From: Candidatus Levyibacteriota bacterium
GTDB taxonomy: Bacteria; Patescibacteriota; Microgenomatia; Levybacterales; UBA12049
Assembly: GCA_029260965.1 (NCBI GenBank)
Contig: JAJDCG010000002.1
Location: 60,523 to 124,522 of the forward strand
Direction: 5' to 3'
DNA length: 64,000 nt
The notes below the pieces were generated by a model. It did not search any database. It saw only the letters and a list, made by a program, of their open reading frames with translations, and had not been told where the DNA came from. Of the stretch, positions 1-9,427 are shown in pieces (position 1 is the stretch's first letter; each line of letters begins with the position of its first letter). Position numbers and translations under genes: made by a program.

Positions 1-601
1 TATTATTTTTATCGGCATGTTAGTTGCACCGTATTTGGGATGGTACACGCCTGTGATAACCGCTCTTCAGATACTTTTCATGAATATTGTTACAGATAAT
101 ATACCTGCAATTACACTTGGATTTAATCCTTCATCCAAAGATATCATGAGTGAACGTCCGCGGAAAAATGCCAGAGTTCTCACCAATGAATTTATAAATC
201 TGATTATCCTCAATGGCGCAACAATGGGTATTATTGCATTTGTTGTTGCCTATGTTTCGTTTAATGTCATTAAATTTCCACCCGATGTCGCTCGTACGAC
301 TGTGCTTCTGAGCATGATTCTGGTTCAAATCGCCAATGCCTACAATTTTCGTTCATTCCGCCATGGAGTTTACGGCTCCAGTTTTCTGGTTAATAAATAC
401 CTGGTTTTTGCATCATTAGCATCGCTTTTTGCAACGCTCATCATTCTTTACACACCACTTAGAAGTGTATTTGAAACAACACCTTTGGGTATTAGTAGTT
501 GGATGATTGCTCTTTCTGCGGTTGTTGTTATCACTGTTAGTTTTGACTTGTTCAAAAAATGGAATAATAAAACTGGTTATTTTCTCCACCATGTCCACTA
601 G
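1..601 (+). CDS. Cation-transporting P-type ATPase, C-terminal transmembrane fragment (5' end lies outside the window)
   Basis: The ORF runs in from the window edge (frame 2). The translation 'ALQILFMNIVTDNIPAITLGFNPSSKDIMSERPRK' matches the conserved Cation_ATPase_C region (LWVNLVTDGLPALALG...D.M.R.PR), followed by further TM helices. Confidence 0.75.
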   Translation, partial: IIFIGMLVAPYLGWYTPVITALQILFMNIVTDNIPAITLGFNPSSKDIMSERPRKNARVLTNEFINLIILNGATMGIIAFVVAYVSFNVIKFPPDVARTTVLLSMILVQIANAYNFRSFRHGVYGSSFLVNKYLVFASLASLFATLIILYTPLRSVFETTPLGISSWMIALSAVVVITVSFDLFKKWNNKTGYFLHHVH

Positions 602-646
602 GGGCGAGGGGTTGATCTAGGGACTGTTTTCTTCTAGTATGTAGTT

Positions 647-1504
647 ATGCTTGATTATCCCCTTTTTGTACAAGGATTTACCCAATGGCTGTTGGAATCA
701 GGACTGAGGATACTCGGTGTTGTAGTGGGAGTACTGATACTGAAAAAAGTTGTTGATGTATTTCTGGAACGTTCAATCCGTAAATTGATCAAATCCAGTA
801 AATTTCAGACCAAAGATGCTGAACGTAAAAGAGAAGATACTCTCATCAGGATTGCCTCGACAACTTTTGATATATTAATCTTGCTTGTTGGAGGACTTAT
901 TATTCTCTCAGAGCTTGGACTGGATATAACGCCACTTCTTGCTGGTGCTGGGATTGTTGGTGTGGCGGTGGGATTTGGCGGGCAATACTTGATCCGTGAT
1001 TTGATAGCAGGAACTTTTATAATTCTTGAGAATCAATATCGTGTCGGGGATGTGGTTTGCATAGGTGGTAAATGTGGTTTGGTTGAGGACATATCACTCC
1101 GTACGACTATTCTCAGAGATCTGGATGGGACCGTGCACTTTGTGCCAAATGGTGAGGTAAAGGTTGCATCCAATTTGACCAAAGAGTATGCGAGGGTAAA
1201 CCTGGACATTGGTATTTCCTATGATGCGGATCTGGAAAAGGTAGAAAAAGTTGTCAATAAGCTTGGGGAGGAGATGGCTCGTGATAAAGCATGGAAGGAC
1301 AAGATTTTAAAACCGCCTGCTTTTGTCAGGGTTGATGAGTTTGCAGATTCTGCAGTTATTATAAAAATTTTAGGAGAAACTGTTGCTTTGACGCAGTGGG
1401 AAGTGATGGGGGAGTTCCGCAAGAGACTAAAGATAGCATTTGATAAGAACGGTATTGAGATACCATTTCCACAGCGTGTTGTCCATCAGCCTCAGAATAA
1501 GTAA
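647..1504 (+). CDS. MscS-family small-conductance mechanosensitive channel
   Basis: N-terminal TM helices, then the MscS core motif 'LIRDLIAGTFIILENQYRVGDVVCIGGKCGLVEDISLRTTILRDLDGTVHFVPNGEV'. Confidence 0.85.
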   Translation: MLDYPLFVQGFTQWLLESGLRILGVVVGVLILKKVVDVFLERSIRKLIKSSKFQTKDAERKREDTLIRIASTTFDILILLVGGLIILSELGLDITPLLAGAGIVGVAVGFGGQYLIRDLIAGTFIILENQYRVGDVVCIGGKCGLVEDISLRTTILRDLDGTVHFVPNGEVKVASNLTKEYARVNLDIGISYDADLEKVEKVVNKLGEEMARDKAWKDKILKPPAFVRVDEFADSAVIIKILGETVALTQWEVMGEFRKRLKIAFDKNGIEIPFPQRVVHQPQNK

Positions 1505-1576
1505 TTTTTATCATTTTCCTAATTGATTATATCTTTGAGAATGTATTATGATCTCTATGAAAGGAGGTGATTATAA

Positions 1577-1999
1577 ATGGTAGAAGTAAACTACATAGCA
1601 GTTTTAATATCAGCAGTTGTTGCTATGGCAATCGGCTTTTTTTGGTATTCTGAAGCATTTTTAGGCAAGCCATGGATGAAGCTGATGGGCTATACAAAAG
1701 AATCGATGGAAAAAGCAGCAAAAGGAATGGGACCGATGTATGCCTTGTCATTTGTCGGCGCGTTAGTCATGGCATATGTTCTCACGCACGTTATGACCTT
1801 TTCGAGAGCATTCATGGGAACCGAGCCTGTAATGACTGGTCTTACAAGTGGTTTTTGGATGTGGCTTGGATTTATCGCACCAGTACAGATGACAGATGTG
1901 ATATTTGGTGGTAAAAAATGGAATTTATTTTATATAAATACTGGATATCAGTTGGTGTCTGTGTTGGGCATGGGGTTCGTGCTTGGATTGATGGCATAG
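1577..1999 (+). CDS. DUF1761-family membrane protein
   Basis: Strong SD (AAAGGAGGTG) 8 nt upstream of the ATG. The N-terminus 'MVEVNYIAVLISAVVAMAIGFFWYSEAFLGKPWMKLMGY' is typical of DUF1761. Multi-TM. Confidence 0.6.
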   Translation: MVEVNYIAVLISAVVAMAIGFFWYSEAFLGKPWMKLMGYTKESMEKAAKGMGPMYALSFVGALVMAYVLTHVMTFSRAFMGTEPVMTGLTSGFWMWLGFIAPVQMTDVIFGGKKWNLFYINTGYQLVSVLGMGFVLGLMA

Positions 2000-2061
2000 A
2001 TTGAGTAAAAAAATGTTGCATTTTTTAGGTATTAGTTTTATGCTTAAATAAGCGATTCGCC

Positions 2062-3990
2062 ATGGAAAAAAGCACTGTCCGCAAAGAAGAAAAAAGCGAT
2101 TTAAAGTTTTTTGTAAAACAGATTTTGCTTTTTTCTTCTTTGCTTCTTCTGTATTTTATAACTGGAAAAATTTCTCTTCAATTTGCTTTTTTAAATCCCA
2201 GTGCCACTCCTATATGGTTTCCTACAGGAATTGCTCTTGCAGCCTTCTTGATTTATGGAAATAAAATGTGGCCAGCTGTTTTTTTGGGTGCGTTGCTTGT
2301 TAATTACACTACAGCAGGAAATATACTCACTTCTTTGCTTATTGCAACAGGCAATACCCTGGAGGGTTTGATTGGAGCATATCTTATAAACATTTTTGCA
2401 AACGGAAAAAAAGTATTTTTCAGCCTCAGAGATATTATAAAATTTATTTTTATTGTTATCTTGATTACCACCCTCAGTGCCAATATTGGCGTTTTTACAC
2501 TTATTATCGGTGGGCTAGCTACCTGGTCAAATTTTTTACAATTGTGGATTACTTGGTGGCTAGGAGATTTAGCAGGAGCACTTATGGTAACTCCTTTCAT
2601 TCTTTTTTGGCTTGCAGATCATTCGCTTAGGAGTAGAGAGAGGCCTGTTGAAGCATTGTTTATACTTTTTGCACTTTTGTCTATGGGTCTTTTTATTTTT
2701 GGTGGCTTTGTAGACAGTATTGTCAAGCAGTATCCATTTGAGTTTTTGTTAATTCCAATTATTCCGTGGGTTGTCTTCCGTTTTGGAAGAAGAGAGACAA
2801 TGTCAGCCATAGCTGTTTTATCAATGTTGGCAATCTCAGGCACGGTAAAGGGTTATGGCCCTTTTACAATTGGTACACCTGATGAATCTCTTCTTGTGCT
2901 GCAGATATTTATGAGTGTAGTAACAATTACTGCCTTGGTGCTTGCTGTTGCAGTGGCAGAAAGAAGGAAAGCAGAGGAAAGACTTAAATACACACTTGAT
3001 TCCATGATAGAAGGGTTTCAGGTTGTAGATTTTGACTGGCGTTATGTATATTTAAATGATCCAGTTGTAAAACAGGCCAAAAGTACAAAAGAAAAACTGT
3101 TGGGGCAGACGATGATGGAAGCTTTTCCTGGAATTGAAAAGACAGAAATGTTCAAGCGTCTTAAAGAGTGCATGAAAAACAGGACTGCACATAGAATGGA
3201 GAACAGGTTTGATTATCCAGATGGCACGAGTAGATGGTTTCAGCTCAGAATAGAGCCTGTAGTAGAAGGATTACTTATTTTATCTATCGATATTACGCCT
3301 GAAAAAGAGGCTGAAAAAATGAAAACTGAATTTATTTATCTTGCTTCACATGAGCTGAGGACTCCACTCAGCGTTATAAAAGGATTTACCTCGATGATAA
3401 ATAGTGGTAATTATGGCGTGGTAAGCGCGAAGCTCAAAAGGCCGTTTGAATTGATCGCAGAATCCACAGATAGGTTAGTAGGTAGGGTAAATGATATCTT
3501 AAATATTTCCAAAATAGAGGCTGATAGATTGAATTTTAAATCAGGCAGGTATTCTCTTGATTCATTATTGAATGAGGTAATTAATGATCTAAAGCCTGTT
3601 GTAAAGGAAGCGCATAAAAAAATAGTGCTTGATAAGCATGAAAAAATATATGTATCAGTAGATAAAACAGTAGCACTAGAAGTTATTAAAAAAGTTATAG
3701 CCAGTGCGATAAATTTTGTTGATAAAAAGGTAATAAACGTTTCCGTTAAAAAACAAGGTAGGCTTGCTGTAGTTTTTATCAATGACTCGGGAGTGGAAAT
3801 AAAAAAGGAAAATAGTGAAGAATTTTTTAGTAAAATTGAGTTTTTGAAATCTCGACCCAGGGGTGAGTCTCCAGGTGTGGGCCTGGGCCTTTATATTGCA
3901 AAGGAATTTACACGAAAGATGGGGGGGGATGTTTGGTTTGAAAACAATGGAAACACATTTGTATTTTCATTACCCATCGCAAGTAAGTAG
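2062..3990 (+). CDS. Sensor histidine kinase (multi-TM MASE1-like N-terminal domain, PAS, HisKA, HATPase_c)
   Basis: About 8 TM helices at the N-terminus and a PAS-like region. H-box 'ASHELRTPLSVIKGF' is present. The C-terminal G-boxes 'GVGLGLYIAKEF...GGDVW' mark an ATPase domain. Confidence 0.85.
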   Translation: MEKSTVRKEEKSDLKFFVKQILLFSSLLLLYFITGKISLQFAFLNPSATPIWFPTGIALAAFLIYGNKMWPAVFLGALLVNYTTAGNILTSLLIATGNTLEGLIGAYLINIFANGKKVFFSLRDIIKFIFIVILITTLSANIGVFTLIIGGLATWSNFLQLWITWWLGDLAGALMVTPFILFWLADHSLRSRERPVEALFILFALLSMGLFIFGGFVDSIVKQYPFEFLLIPIIPWVVFRFGRRETMSAIAVLSMLAISGTVKGYGPFTIGTPDESLLVLQIFMSVVTITALVLAVAVAERRKAEERLKYTLDSMIEGFQVVDFDWRYVYLNDPVVKQAKSTKEKLLGQTMMEAFPGIEKTEMFKRLKECMKNRTAHRMENRFDYPDGTSRWFQLRIEPVVEGLLILSIDITPEKEAEKMKTEFIYLASHELRTPLSVIKGFTSMINSGNYGVVSAKLKRPFELIAESTDRLVGRVNDILNISKIEADRLNFKSGRYSLDSLLNEVINDLKPVVKEAHKKIVLDKHEKIYVSVDKTVALEVIKKVIASAINFVDKKVINVSVKKQGRLAVVFINDSGVEIKKENSEEFFSKIEFLKSRPRGESPGVGLGLYIAKEFTRKMGGDVWFENNGNTFVFSLPIASK

Positions 3991-4048
3991 CGTTCAGGCT
4001 TGAAAAGCTTGTTGTGTAATGCATTTAATACTGTTATAAATAAATTGT

Positions 4049-4438
4049 ATGTCGGATCAGCTTAAAAAAAGGAAAATTTTAATCGTTGAGGATGATCAGT
4101 CACTGCTGCAAATGTACAGTGACAAGTTGAAGCAAGAGGGATTTAATGTTGTTTTTGCTAGGAATGGCGAGGAAGGACTGGCGCTTTCTGCTAGTGAGAT
4201 TCCAGATCTTATTCTTCTTGATATACTCCTGCCCAAAATGGATGGACTGAGCATGTTGGATAATTTGAGGACAAATTCTGAGTGGGGCAAAAATGTACCT
4301 GTTATCATACTTACAAATCTTGATGCTGATGATCAAGTGATTGCAAAAGTCATTGCTGATAAGCCATCATATTATTTGATGAAGGCAAATACAAATCCGC
4401 AAGGTGTTTCTGAAAAAATAAAAGAAATTCTTCATTGA
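4049..4438 (+). CDS. Stand-alone response regulator receiver (CheY-like REC) protein
   Basis: 'KILIVEDDQSLLQMY...DLILLDILLPKMDGLSML' carries the phospho-acceptor Asp and the conserved Lys region. There is no output domain. It lies directly downstream of the histidine kinase. Confidence 0.8.
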   Translation: MSDQLKKRKILIVEDDQSLLQMYSDKLKQEGFNVVFARNGEEGLALSASEIPDLILLDILLPKMDGLSMLDNLRTNSEWGKNVPVIILTNLDADDQVIAKVIADKPSYYLMKANTNPQGVSEKIKEILH

Positions 4439-4527
4439 TTTTTCATACATAATTTTTACAATTTCCTCACCTGTTTTTTAATTATTAATAATATACTGTC
4501 ATTGAATAGTTTAGGAGGTGAGTATAA

Positions 4528-4776
4528 ATGGCAGGAGTATTCAAACCAAGTCAGATCCCCGAAGATAATTTTGGAGGCCCTACAGCAGGAGGCTTGATAG
4601 GTGGAGTGATTGGTAGCATGACAGGCCTTTTAATTGCGGTTACAGCATTTGTTGCACCAGGTGGTGCGAGTTTGGTATCAGGTTCTACAGTGGCAGGTTG
4701 GGCATTTGTGGGCATGATTCTGGGCGCAGTAGGCGGTGCGATAATAAGTGCATTGGTAGATACTCAGATGAGTTGA
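4528..4776 (+). CDS. Small glycine-zipper membrane protein
   Basis: Consensus SD 'TAGGAGGTGAG' lies upstream. The 82-aa Gly-rich hydrophobic protein carries GxxxG-type repeats (GGLIGGVIGSMTGLL...GAVGGAIISAL). Confidence 0.55.
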   Translation: MAGVFKPSQIPEDNFGGPTAGGLIGGVIGSMTGLLIAVTAFVAPGGASLVSGSTVAGWAFVGMILGAVGGAIISALVDTQMS

Positions 4777-4777
4777 T

Positions 4778-4927
4778 ATGATGAATATAAGTTTTGCAAG
4801 CATTGATCCATTTGTTTCAATCCTTTTTGGAATTTTGATATTGATTTTTCCGAAATTTCTTAATTATTTGATTGCTTTTTATCTAATATTGGCAGGGCTT
4901 CTGGGGCTTGGTGTGCTTGGTGGTTGA
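4778..4927 (+). CDS. DUF3096-like small membrane protein (49 aa; below the ORF-track size cutoff)
   Basis: The ATG lies 1 nt after the stop of the upstream gene. The product 'MMNISFASIDPFVSILFGILILIFPKFLNYLIAFYLILAGLLGLGVLGG' resembles the DUF3096 family (…PK.LNYIVAIYLI..GLLGL). Confidence 0.45.
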   Translation: MMNISFASIDPFVSILFGILILIFPKFLNYLIAFYLILAGLLGLGVLGG

Positions 4928-5500
4928 TTATTCTCCTTCAGGTTCGGGTGGGAGGAACTCCTCTCCAGCATTGTCATTTTCTCTTGGATATTCATTTGGT
5001 TTTAGCCAGTAAATATAGGGGCAACCAGTTGCTTTTCTCGCCTCGCGATCCCATCCTGCAGTTGAGCATTTTTTCATCTTTTTTCCAGCATTAGTAGTGA
5101 AGAGAACGAGTTTTTTCCCACAATCTGGGCAATCCTCGTCTAGTGGCTCAGTTGTTCCGTTAATCCACTCAACATAATCACAACCGTCTACTTTTTTGGT
5201 TTCTTTATTCCAGACACCTGTGCTACATTTTTTCATTTTTTTACCAAATCTGGTAGTTGCGAGGATAAGAGGAGAATCGCATTTGGGGCACTTTTCAGAG
5301 AGTGTTTCTGGTTCGATCTCAAGCCATTTTACATAGTCGCATCCTGTATTTTGTTTGGTCTCAGGATCCCATGAGCCAGTTGAGCATCTTTGAAGCTTTC
5401 TTCCTGTTTTGGTAGTTACCGTATCAGAAAGCAAGGCACCACATTTGGGACATTTTTCGTCTTTATTAGTTTTTTCCTCTGCTGCCATGACAACCATCAT
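4928..5500 (-). CDS. Protein made of three tandem topoisomerase-type C4 zinc-ribbon repeats
   Basis: Three ~50-aa repeats fit 'CPKC(G/D)xxL.l.TTrxGKKmkKCSTgxW....K..GCdYveW', resembling the zf-C4_Topoisom DNA-binding fold. No catalytic domain is present. Confidence 0.6.
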   Translation of the reverse strand: MMVVMAAEEKTNKDEKCPKCGALLSDTVTTKTGRKLQRCSTGSWDPETKQNTGCDYVKWLEIEPETLSEKCPKCDSPLILATTRFGKKMKKCSTGVWNKETKKVDGCDYVEWINGTTEPLDEDCPDCGKKLVLFTTNAGKKMKKCSTAGWDREARKATGCPYIYWLKPNEYPRENDNAGEEFLPPEPEGE

Positions 5501-5573
5501 AAATGTTTTGTTTTACATAAGTCAAGCGCTTTCTTTCAATTTTAATACACAAAGTTGGTAATATTTTGCTATT

Positions 5574-6704
5574 ATGAATATTGTGGAAAAAGAAATAAAC
5601 AAAGATTTATTTGTAATTGATCAATATCAAAAATCTAAAAAATCCAATAAAAAAATATTATTAATTTTTGCTGTTTTGATTTTAATTATTTTTGGTGTTG
5701 GGGCGGGGTATCTGGTCCAAAGAGATAAAGACTTTTCTGTGTCAACTGAGGCGAGAGAGCAGGGCGGGGGTCCTGGTGGAGAGGTTACTACATCGTTTCC
5801 TTTTCAGGAAATGACTATCCCATATCTACGGGAAAAAGTTTATGATAGTGAACTTTCAAAGTTGGAGCAGGTTTCAACAAATGCCAACTATACTACTTAT
5901 CTGACAAGCTATGAATCAGATGGATTTGAGATAAACGGTCTTCTTCTTCGCCCTACTGGTACTGAGCCAGACGGTGGTTGGCCTGGAATTGTTTTTGTGC
6001 ATGGATATATTCCACCGACTTTATACAAGACGCTTGGGCCACAATATGATGATTATATAGATTATCTGGCAAGACAGGGTTTTGTTGTCTTCAAAATCGA
6101 CCTGCGGGGTCATGATAGCTCAGAAGGCGAGCCTGGAGGTGGATACTTCGGATCTGATTATATAGTAGATACGCTGAATGCTTATTCTGCGTTGCAAAAT
6201 ACTGATTTTGTAAATCCTGAAGCAATTGGTCTTTGGGGACATTCTATGGCAGGAAATGTCCTGATGCGAAGTTTTGCAACCAAGCCTGATATTCCTGCGG
6301 TTGTGATCTGGGCTGGGGCTGTTTATTCATACACAGACCGGGAAAAGTATGGGATCAATGACAATAGTTACAGACCCCCAGCGCCAAGTGATTCGGAGAG
6401 GCAGAGTAGAAGACAAGAGCTTTTTGAAAAGTATGGTGATGGGACAAGTCAAAATGATTTTTGGAAGATGGTTGCACCGACTAATTATCTAAGCGATCTA
6501 AAGGGAGCGATTCAGATTCATCATGCTGTCAATGATACGGTTGTAAATATCGGATATAGCAGGGATCTGAACGCGCTTTTGGATGAAACAAGTGTAGAAC
6601 ACGCGCTGATTGAGCATCAAAGTGGCGGTCACAATATAGAAGGCGCTGCATTTGTAACAGCTATGCAGGAGACAGCCGAGTTCTACAAAGAGCATTTGAG
6701 GTAA
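5574..6704 (+). CDS. Alpha/beta-hydrolase (S9 peptidase / dienelactone-hydrolase-like) with an N-terminal TM anchor
   Basis: N-terminal TM helix. Nucleophile elbow 'GLWGHSMAGNV' (GxSxG). C-terminal His/Asp region 'IHHAVNDTVV'. Confidence 0.7.
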   Translation: MNIVEKEINKDLFVIDQYQKSKKSNKKILLIFAVLILIIFGVGAGYLVQRDKDFSVSTEAREQGGGPGGEVTTSFPFQEMTIPYLREKVYDSELSKLEQVSTNANYTTYLTSYESDGFEINGLLLRPTGTEPDGGWPGIVFVHGYIPPTLYKTLGPQYDDYIDYLARQGFVVFKIDLRGHDSSEGEPGGGYFGSDYIVDTLNAYSALQNTDFVNPEAIGLWGHSMAGNVLMRSFATKPDIPAVVIWAGAVYSYTDREKYGINDNSYRPPAPSDSERQSRRQELFEKYGDGTSQNDFWKMVAPTNYLSDLKGAIQIHHAVNDTVVNIGYSRDLNALLDETSVEHALIEHQSGGHNIEGAAFVTAMQETAEFYKEHLR

Positions 6705-6821
6705 GTAATTCCCCAGATTTGAATCTATCTAGCATCTGGTGTTAGAAAATCTTTTTTCTCTAAAATCTCGTAAGAGTGCAACATTTTGCGGGAAAATAAA
6801 GCAACGTGCTACAATTAATTT

Positions 6822-7049
6822 ATGTCAATTGAGTTTTCAGAACATGCAAGAATACAGCTAAAAAGACGTGGTATTTCAGATAAATTAACTTTGAAAGCAG
6901 TTCAGGAGCCTGATGATGTTACAAGTAGTTTTCGAGGACGCAAGTTGCGGCGGGTGAGAGTTGGTGATAAAATATTGGAGGTAGTTACAAAGACAGATGG
7001 GTCGAGAATAACTGTAATTACCGCATATTATTTGGAGGAAAGTCTATGA
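6822..7049 (+). CDS. DUF4258-family protein (putative toxin of a type II toxin-antitoxin-like pair)
   Basis: 75 aa. 'MSIEFSEHARIQLKRRGISDKLTLKAVQEPD' matches the DUF4258 N-terminal consensus. Overlaps the next gene by 4 nt (ATGA). Confidence 0.6.
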   Translation: MSIEFSEHARIQLKRRGISDKLTLKAVQEPDDVTSSFRGRKLRRVRVGDKILEVVTKTDGSRITVITAYYLEESL

Positions 7050-7249
7050 AAATGAAATATGATCCCAAAGTGGATGCAGTTTATTTTGAATTAGCAAAGG
7101 GTAAGTATGAAAAAAGCAGAAAAATCTCTGATTCTATTGTCGTGGATGAGGATAAGAAAGGAAAGGTTTTGGGGATTGAGATATTGGATGCGAAAAAGAA
7201 TATAAAAGCATTTGACCCCAGAGCCAAAATATCCCTCCAGACATCTTGA
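7046..7249 (+). CDS. DUF2283-family protein (putative antitoxin partner)
   Basis: 67 aa. '..YDPKVDAVYFELAKGK...GKVLGIEILDAKK' matches the DUF2283 consensus (YD.e.DalYi.l...G.lvGIEiL.As). DUF2283/DUF4258 are recurrent neighbours. Confidence 0.6.
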   Translation: MKMKYDPKVDAVYFELAKGKYEKSRKISDSIVVDEDKKGKVLGIEILDAKKNIKAFDPRAKISLQTS

Positions 7250-7381
7250 TTATTACGTCGTCAATCAGAAAACTTCGTAAGATTACTTGCAGTTCATTTT
7301 ATATTCGTTATTATCCATAGGTTCGAAGCCGTCTAAACCCTGGTGTTAGAGTTTCTTTATAGAATCTGATATCATAACGAT

Positions 7382-7714
7382 GTGGGTATTGAACATCGTT
7401 CAGATAAAGGTCAGATTGGGAAGATGCTAAGGCCAGATAGGAATAGAATTAATTGGGCAGGCGCTGATCCTGAACTGTGGGAGGTCAAGAAAGGTTGGGA
7501 TAGAGTTTCTGAATTAAAAACTGGAGGGAGATACGAGTTTCGGGCTTCAGAAATGGTTTCTTATACAAATGCTTTTGGTGCGAATTTGCTAGTAGCTTTA
7601 GACATTATGGAAGATTTTCATGATACAGAAACATTAATTTTGGAACTGGGTGAAAGAGTGGCCTTTGCTATGAATATTGAATATCTAGATACAGCTATGA
7701 ATGATTTGGAATGA
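7382..7714 (+). CDS. Hypothetical protein (start uncertain: GTG at 7382 or ATG at 7424)
   Basis: The ORF has no recognisable motifs. It sits in the accessory-like block. Confidence 0.4.
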   Translation: MGIEHRSDKGQIGKMLRPDRNRINWAGADPELWEVKKGWDRVSELKTGGRYEFRASEMVSYTNAFGANLLVALDIMEDFHDTETLILELGERVAFAMNIEYLDTAMNDLE

Positions 7715-7740
7715 TGATAGTATTTAGTTTTCTTAATTTT

Positions 7741-7777
7741 CTGTTATACTCTTCAAGTATGAATCTATCAATCAGGA
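7741..7777 (+). repeat. Copy A of a repeated extended -10 promoter-like element followed by ATGAATCTATCAATC
   Basis: 'ctgttatactcttcaagtATGAATCTATCAATCAGGA'. TGtTATACT is an extended -10, and an ATG lies 8 nt downstream. It matches copies B (9792) and C (11207). Confidence 0.5.
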
Positions 7778-7866
7778 TGGCCAGAACACAACCCGACATT
7801 TTGTGCCATTTTCAAATAAAAATAATACTCCCAAAATCCACTTGACTTCACGTTATTTTAAATAAA

Positions 7867-8394
7867 CTAATCACTATCTAGTGCGGCTTGAAGCAAGGCT
7901 TTGTTGTACGAGTTTGTTTTTTTAATTTCATCAATAGTTGTGGGATCCAGCATTGCAACAACAACACGTAGCTCTAAATCGGCATTATATCTGTCAATGT
8001 TACTAATCGCTAAAGAAATATCTGTCTCCGTGGCTTCTTTAGTGTCTAAAATCTTATATGACTCTCCCAAAGCTATTGCATCATTCCCGATCCTCTTAAG
8101 TTGAGATTTACCTTCCTCGCAATTAAGAGCATAAGACTCCCATTCGTATTCGTAATTAACACAGTCTATATCGTTTGCAGTCGCAACCATATCTTGTCCT
8201 TCAGAAATAAAGTCTGAACCCAACTCATCAAACTGCGCTAAATCTTCCTCTTTAATCTCGTTGACATATTGTTCTGCCTCTTGTTGCGTAAGTCCCGTAT
8301 TTTCTGCAAAATTTTTAACTACATCAGCTTGACTGAATGTGAATACAGACCCTCCGATAACTAAAGTTATAATTGTCCCTATAGTTCTGTTCAT
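7867..8394 (-). CDS. Hypothetical secreted acidic protein (signal peptide)
   Basis: N-terminal 'MNRTIGTIITLVIGGSVFTFSQA' resembles a signal peptide. The rest is D/E-rich. Confidence 0.5.
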   Translation of the reverse strand: MNRTIGTIITLVIGGSVFTFSQADVVKNFAENTGLTQQEAEQYVNEIKEEDLAQFDELGSDFISEGQDMVATANDIDCVNYEYEWESYALNCEEGKSQLKRIGNDAIALGESYKILDTKEATETDISLAISNIDRYNADLELRVVVAMLDPTTIDEIKKTNSYNKALLQAALDSD

Positions 8395-8451
8395 TTAATT
8401 CACCTCCTTCCCTTAATTAAATTAATTTTTATTGAACTATGAATTCAATTT

Positions 8452-8697
8452 TTATTGTTTCTCCGACTGCTTTACTTCCCCTTCATTACACAGTCGTAAT
8501 TCCTTATCATAATCTACTTTTTTCCACTTCAGAATTACATATTTACAGTTCTTGCTGTTGTTTTCAGCTATTTGTTCGCATGTAGCATTTTTTTCTGATA
8601 ATAATGAACATTCTTGCATGTTAAGAATGCTCCAAGAAAATGAAGCAATCAAATACAAAATAAATAATCCTACTAAAATACCTAATACATTTTTCAT
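8452..8697 (-). CDS. Small secreted/anchored Cys-containing protein
   Basis: 81 aa with an N-terminal TM/signal and four Cys. It lies 1 nt downstream of the upstream gene on the minus strand. Confidence 0.45.
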   Translation of the reverse strand: MKNVLGILVGLFILYLIASFSWSILNMQECSLLSEKNATCEQIAENNSKNCKYVILKWKKVDYDKELRLCNEGEVKQSEKQ

Positions 8698-8698
8698 C

Positions 8699-9427
8699 TT
8701 AAGAGTTTCCTAAATATAAAAGATAGACGATGACGGATAGAGGTATAAAGATGTACAAAGCGATTTTCCAAGTTTTTATTAGGAAATATCTCTTGTCTTT
8801 AGTGAAAAATGCTTTACGCTTAATTTTTCGAGATATCCCATAAGGAATACCAACTATCAAAGTTAAACTAATTATTTGGAAAAAAGGTTTTGTAATAAAA
8901 TCGAATGGTGCTAAACCTTCTCTTTCAACTGGGAAAATGATTAGTGATGTTAAATTTAGAGCATAAATTGCAAGGAAGTATTTGGCAAATCTAATCTTAA
9001 GAGATGTTTCCCCTTCTGATACATCAATAATTTTATTATCTTTATCTAAGATTTCACCTACAACAATGTTTTCGCCGAAATTCGCTTTTTCTATTTTTTC
9101 CAAAAAATATGTCGGAATTAACACAAAAGGAGCTTGTAGGAAACCAACTATGCCGTAGATTACGAAAATTCCAAAGAATAGCATTATAAAGAACCATAGA
9201 AGTAGTCCACTAAGCAACAAGCTAATAATAATCCATAATAGATAAAGACCCAACAAGAAAGTGAAAATATAGTATAGGACGGCGGCTGCGCCTACAAAGA
9301 AGCCAAGAATTTTTTTCGTTTTGAATACTAATGAAAGAAAATATGCCAGCAAGTTTAAGATAAACCATACGAGAAGATAAACTAAATAAATTATTAATAC
9401 GATTAGTATGTTAGATAAAATACTCAT
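8699..9427 (-). CDS. Multi-pass membrane protein of unknown function
   Basis: About 6 predicted TM helices with a central soluble segment. ATGA overlap with the upstream gene (9424..9717). Confidence 0.5.
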   Translation of the reverse strand: MSILSNILIVLIIYLVYLLVWFILNLLAYFLSLVFKTKKILGFFVGAAAVLYYIFTFLLGLYLLWIIISLLLSGLLLWFFIMLFFGIFVIYGIVGFLQAPFVLIPTYFLEKIEKANFGENIVVGEILDKDNKIIDVSEGETSLKIRFAKYFLAIYALNLTSLIIFPVEREGLAPFDFITKPFFQIISLTLIVGIPYGISRKIKRKAFFTKDKRYFLIKTWKIALYIFIPLSVIVYLLYLGNS

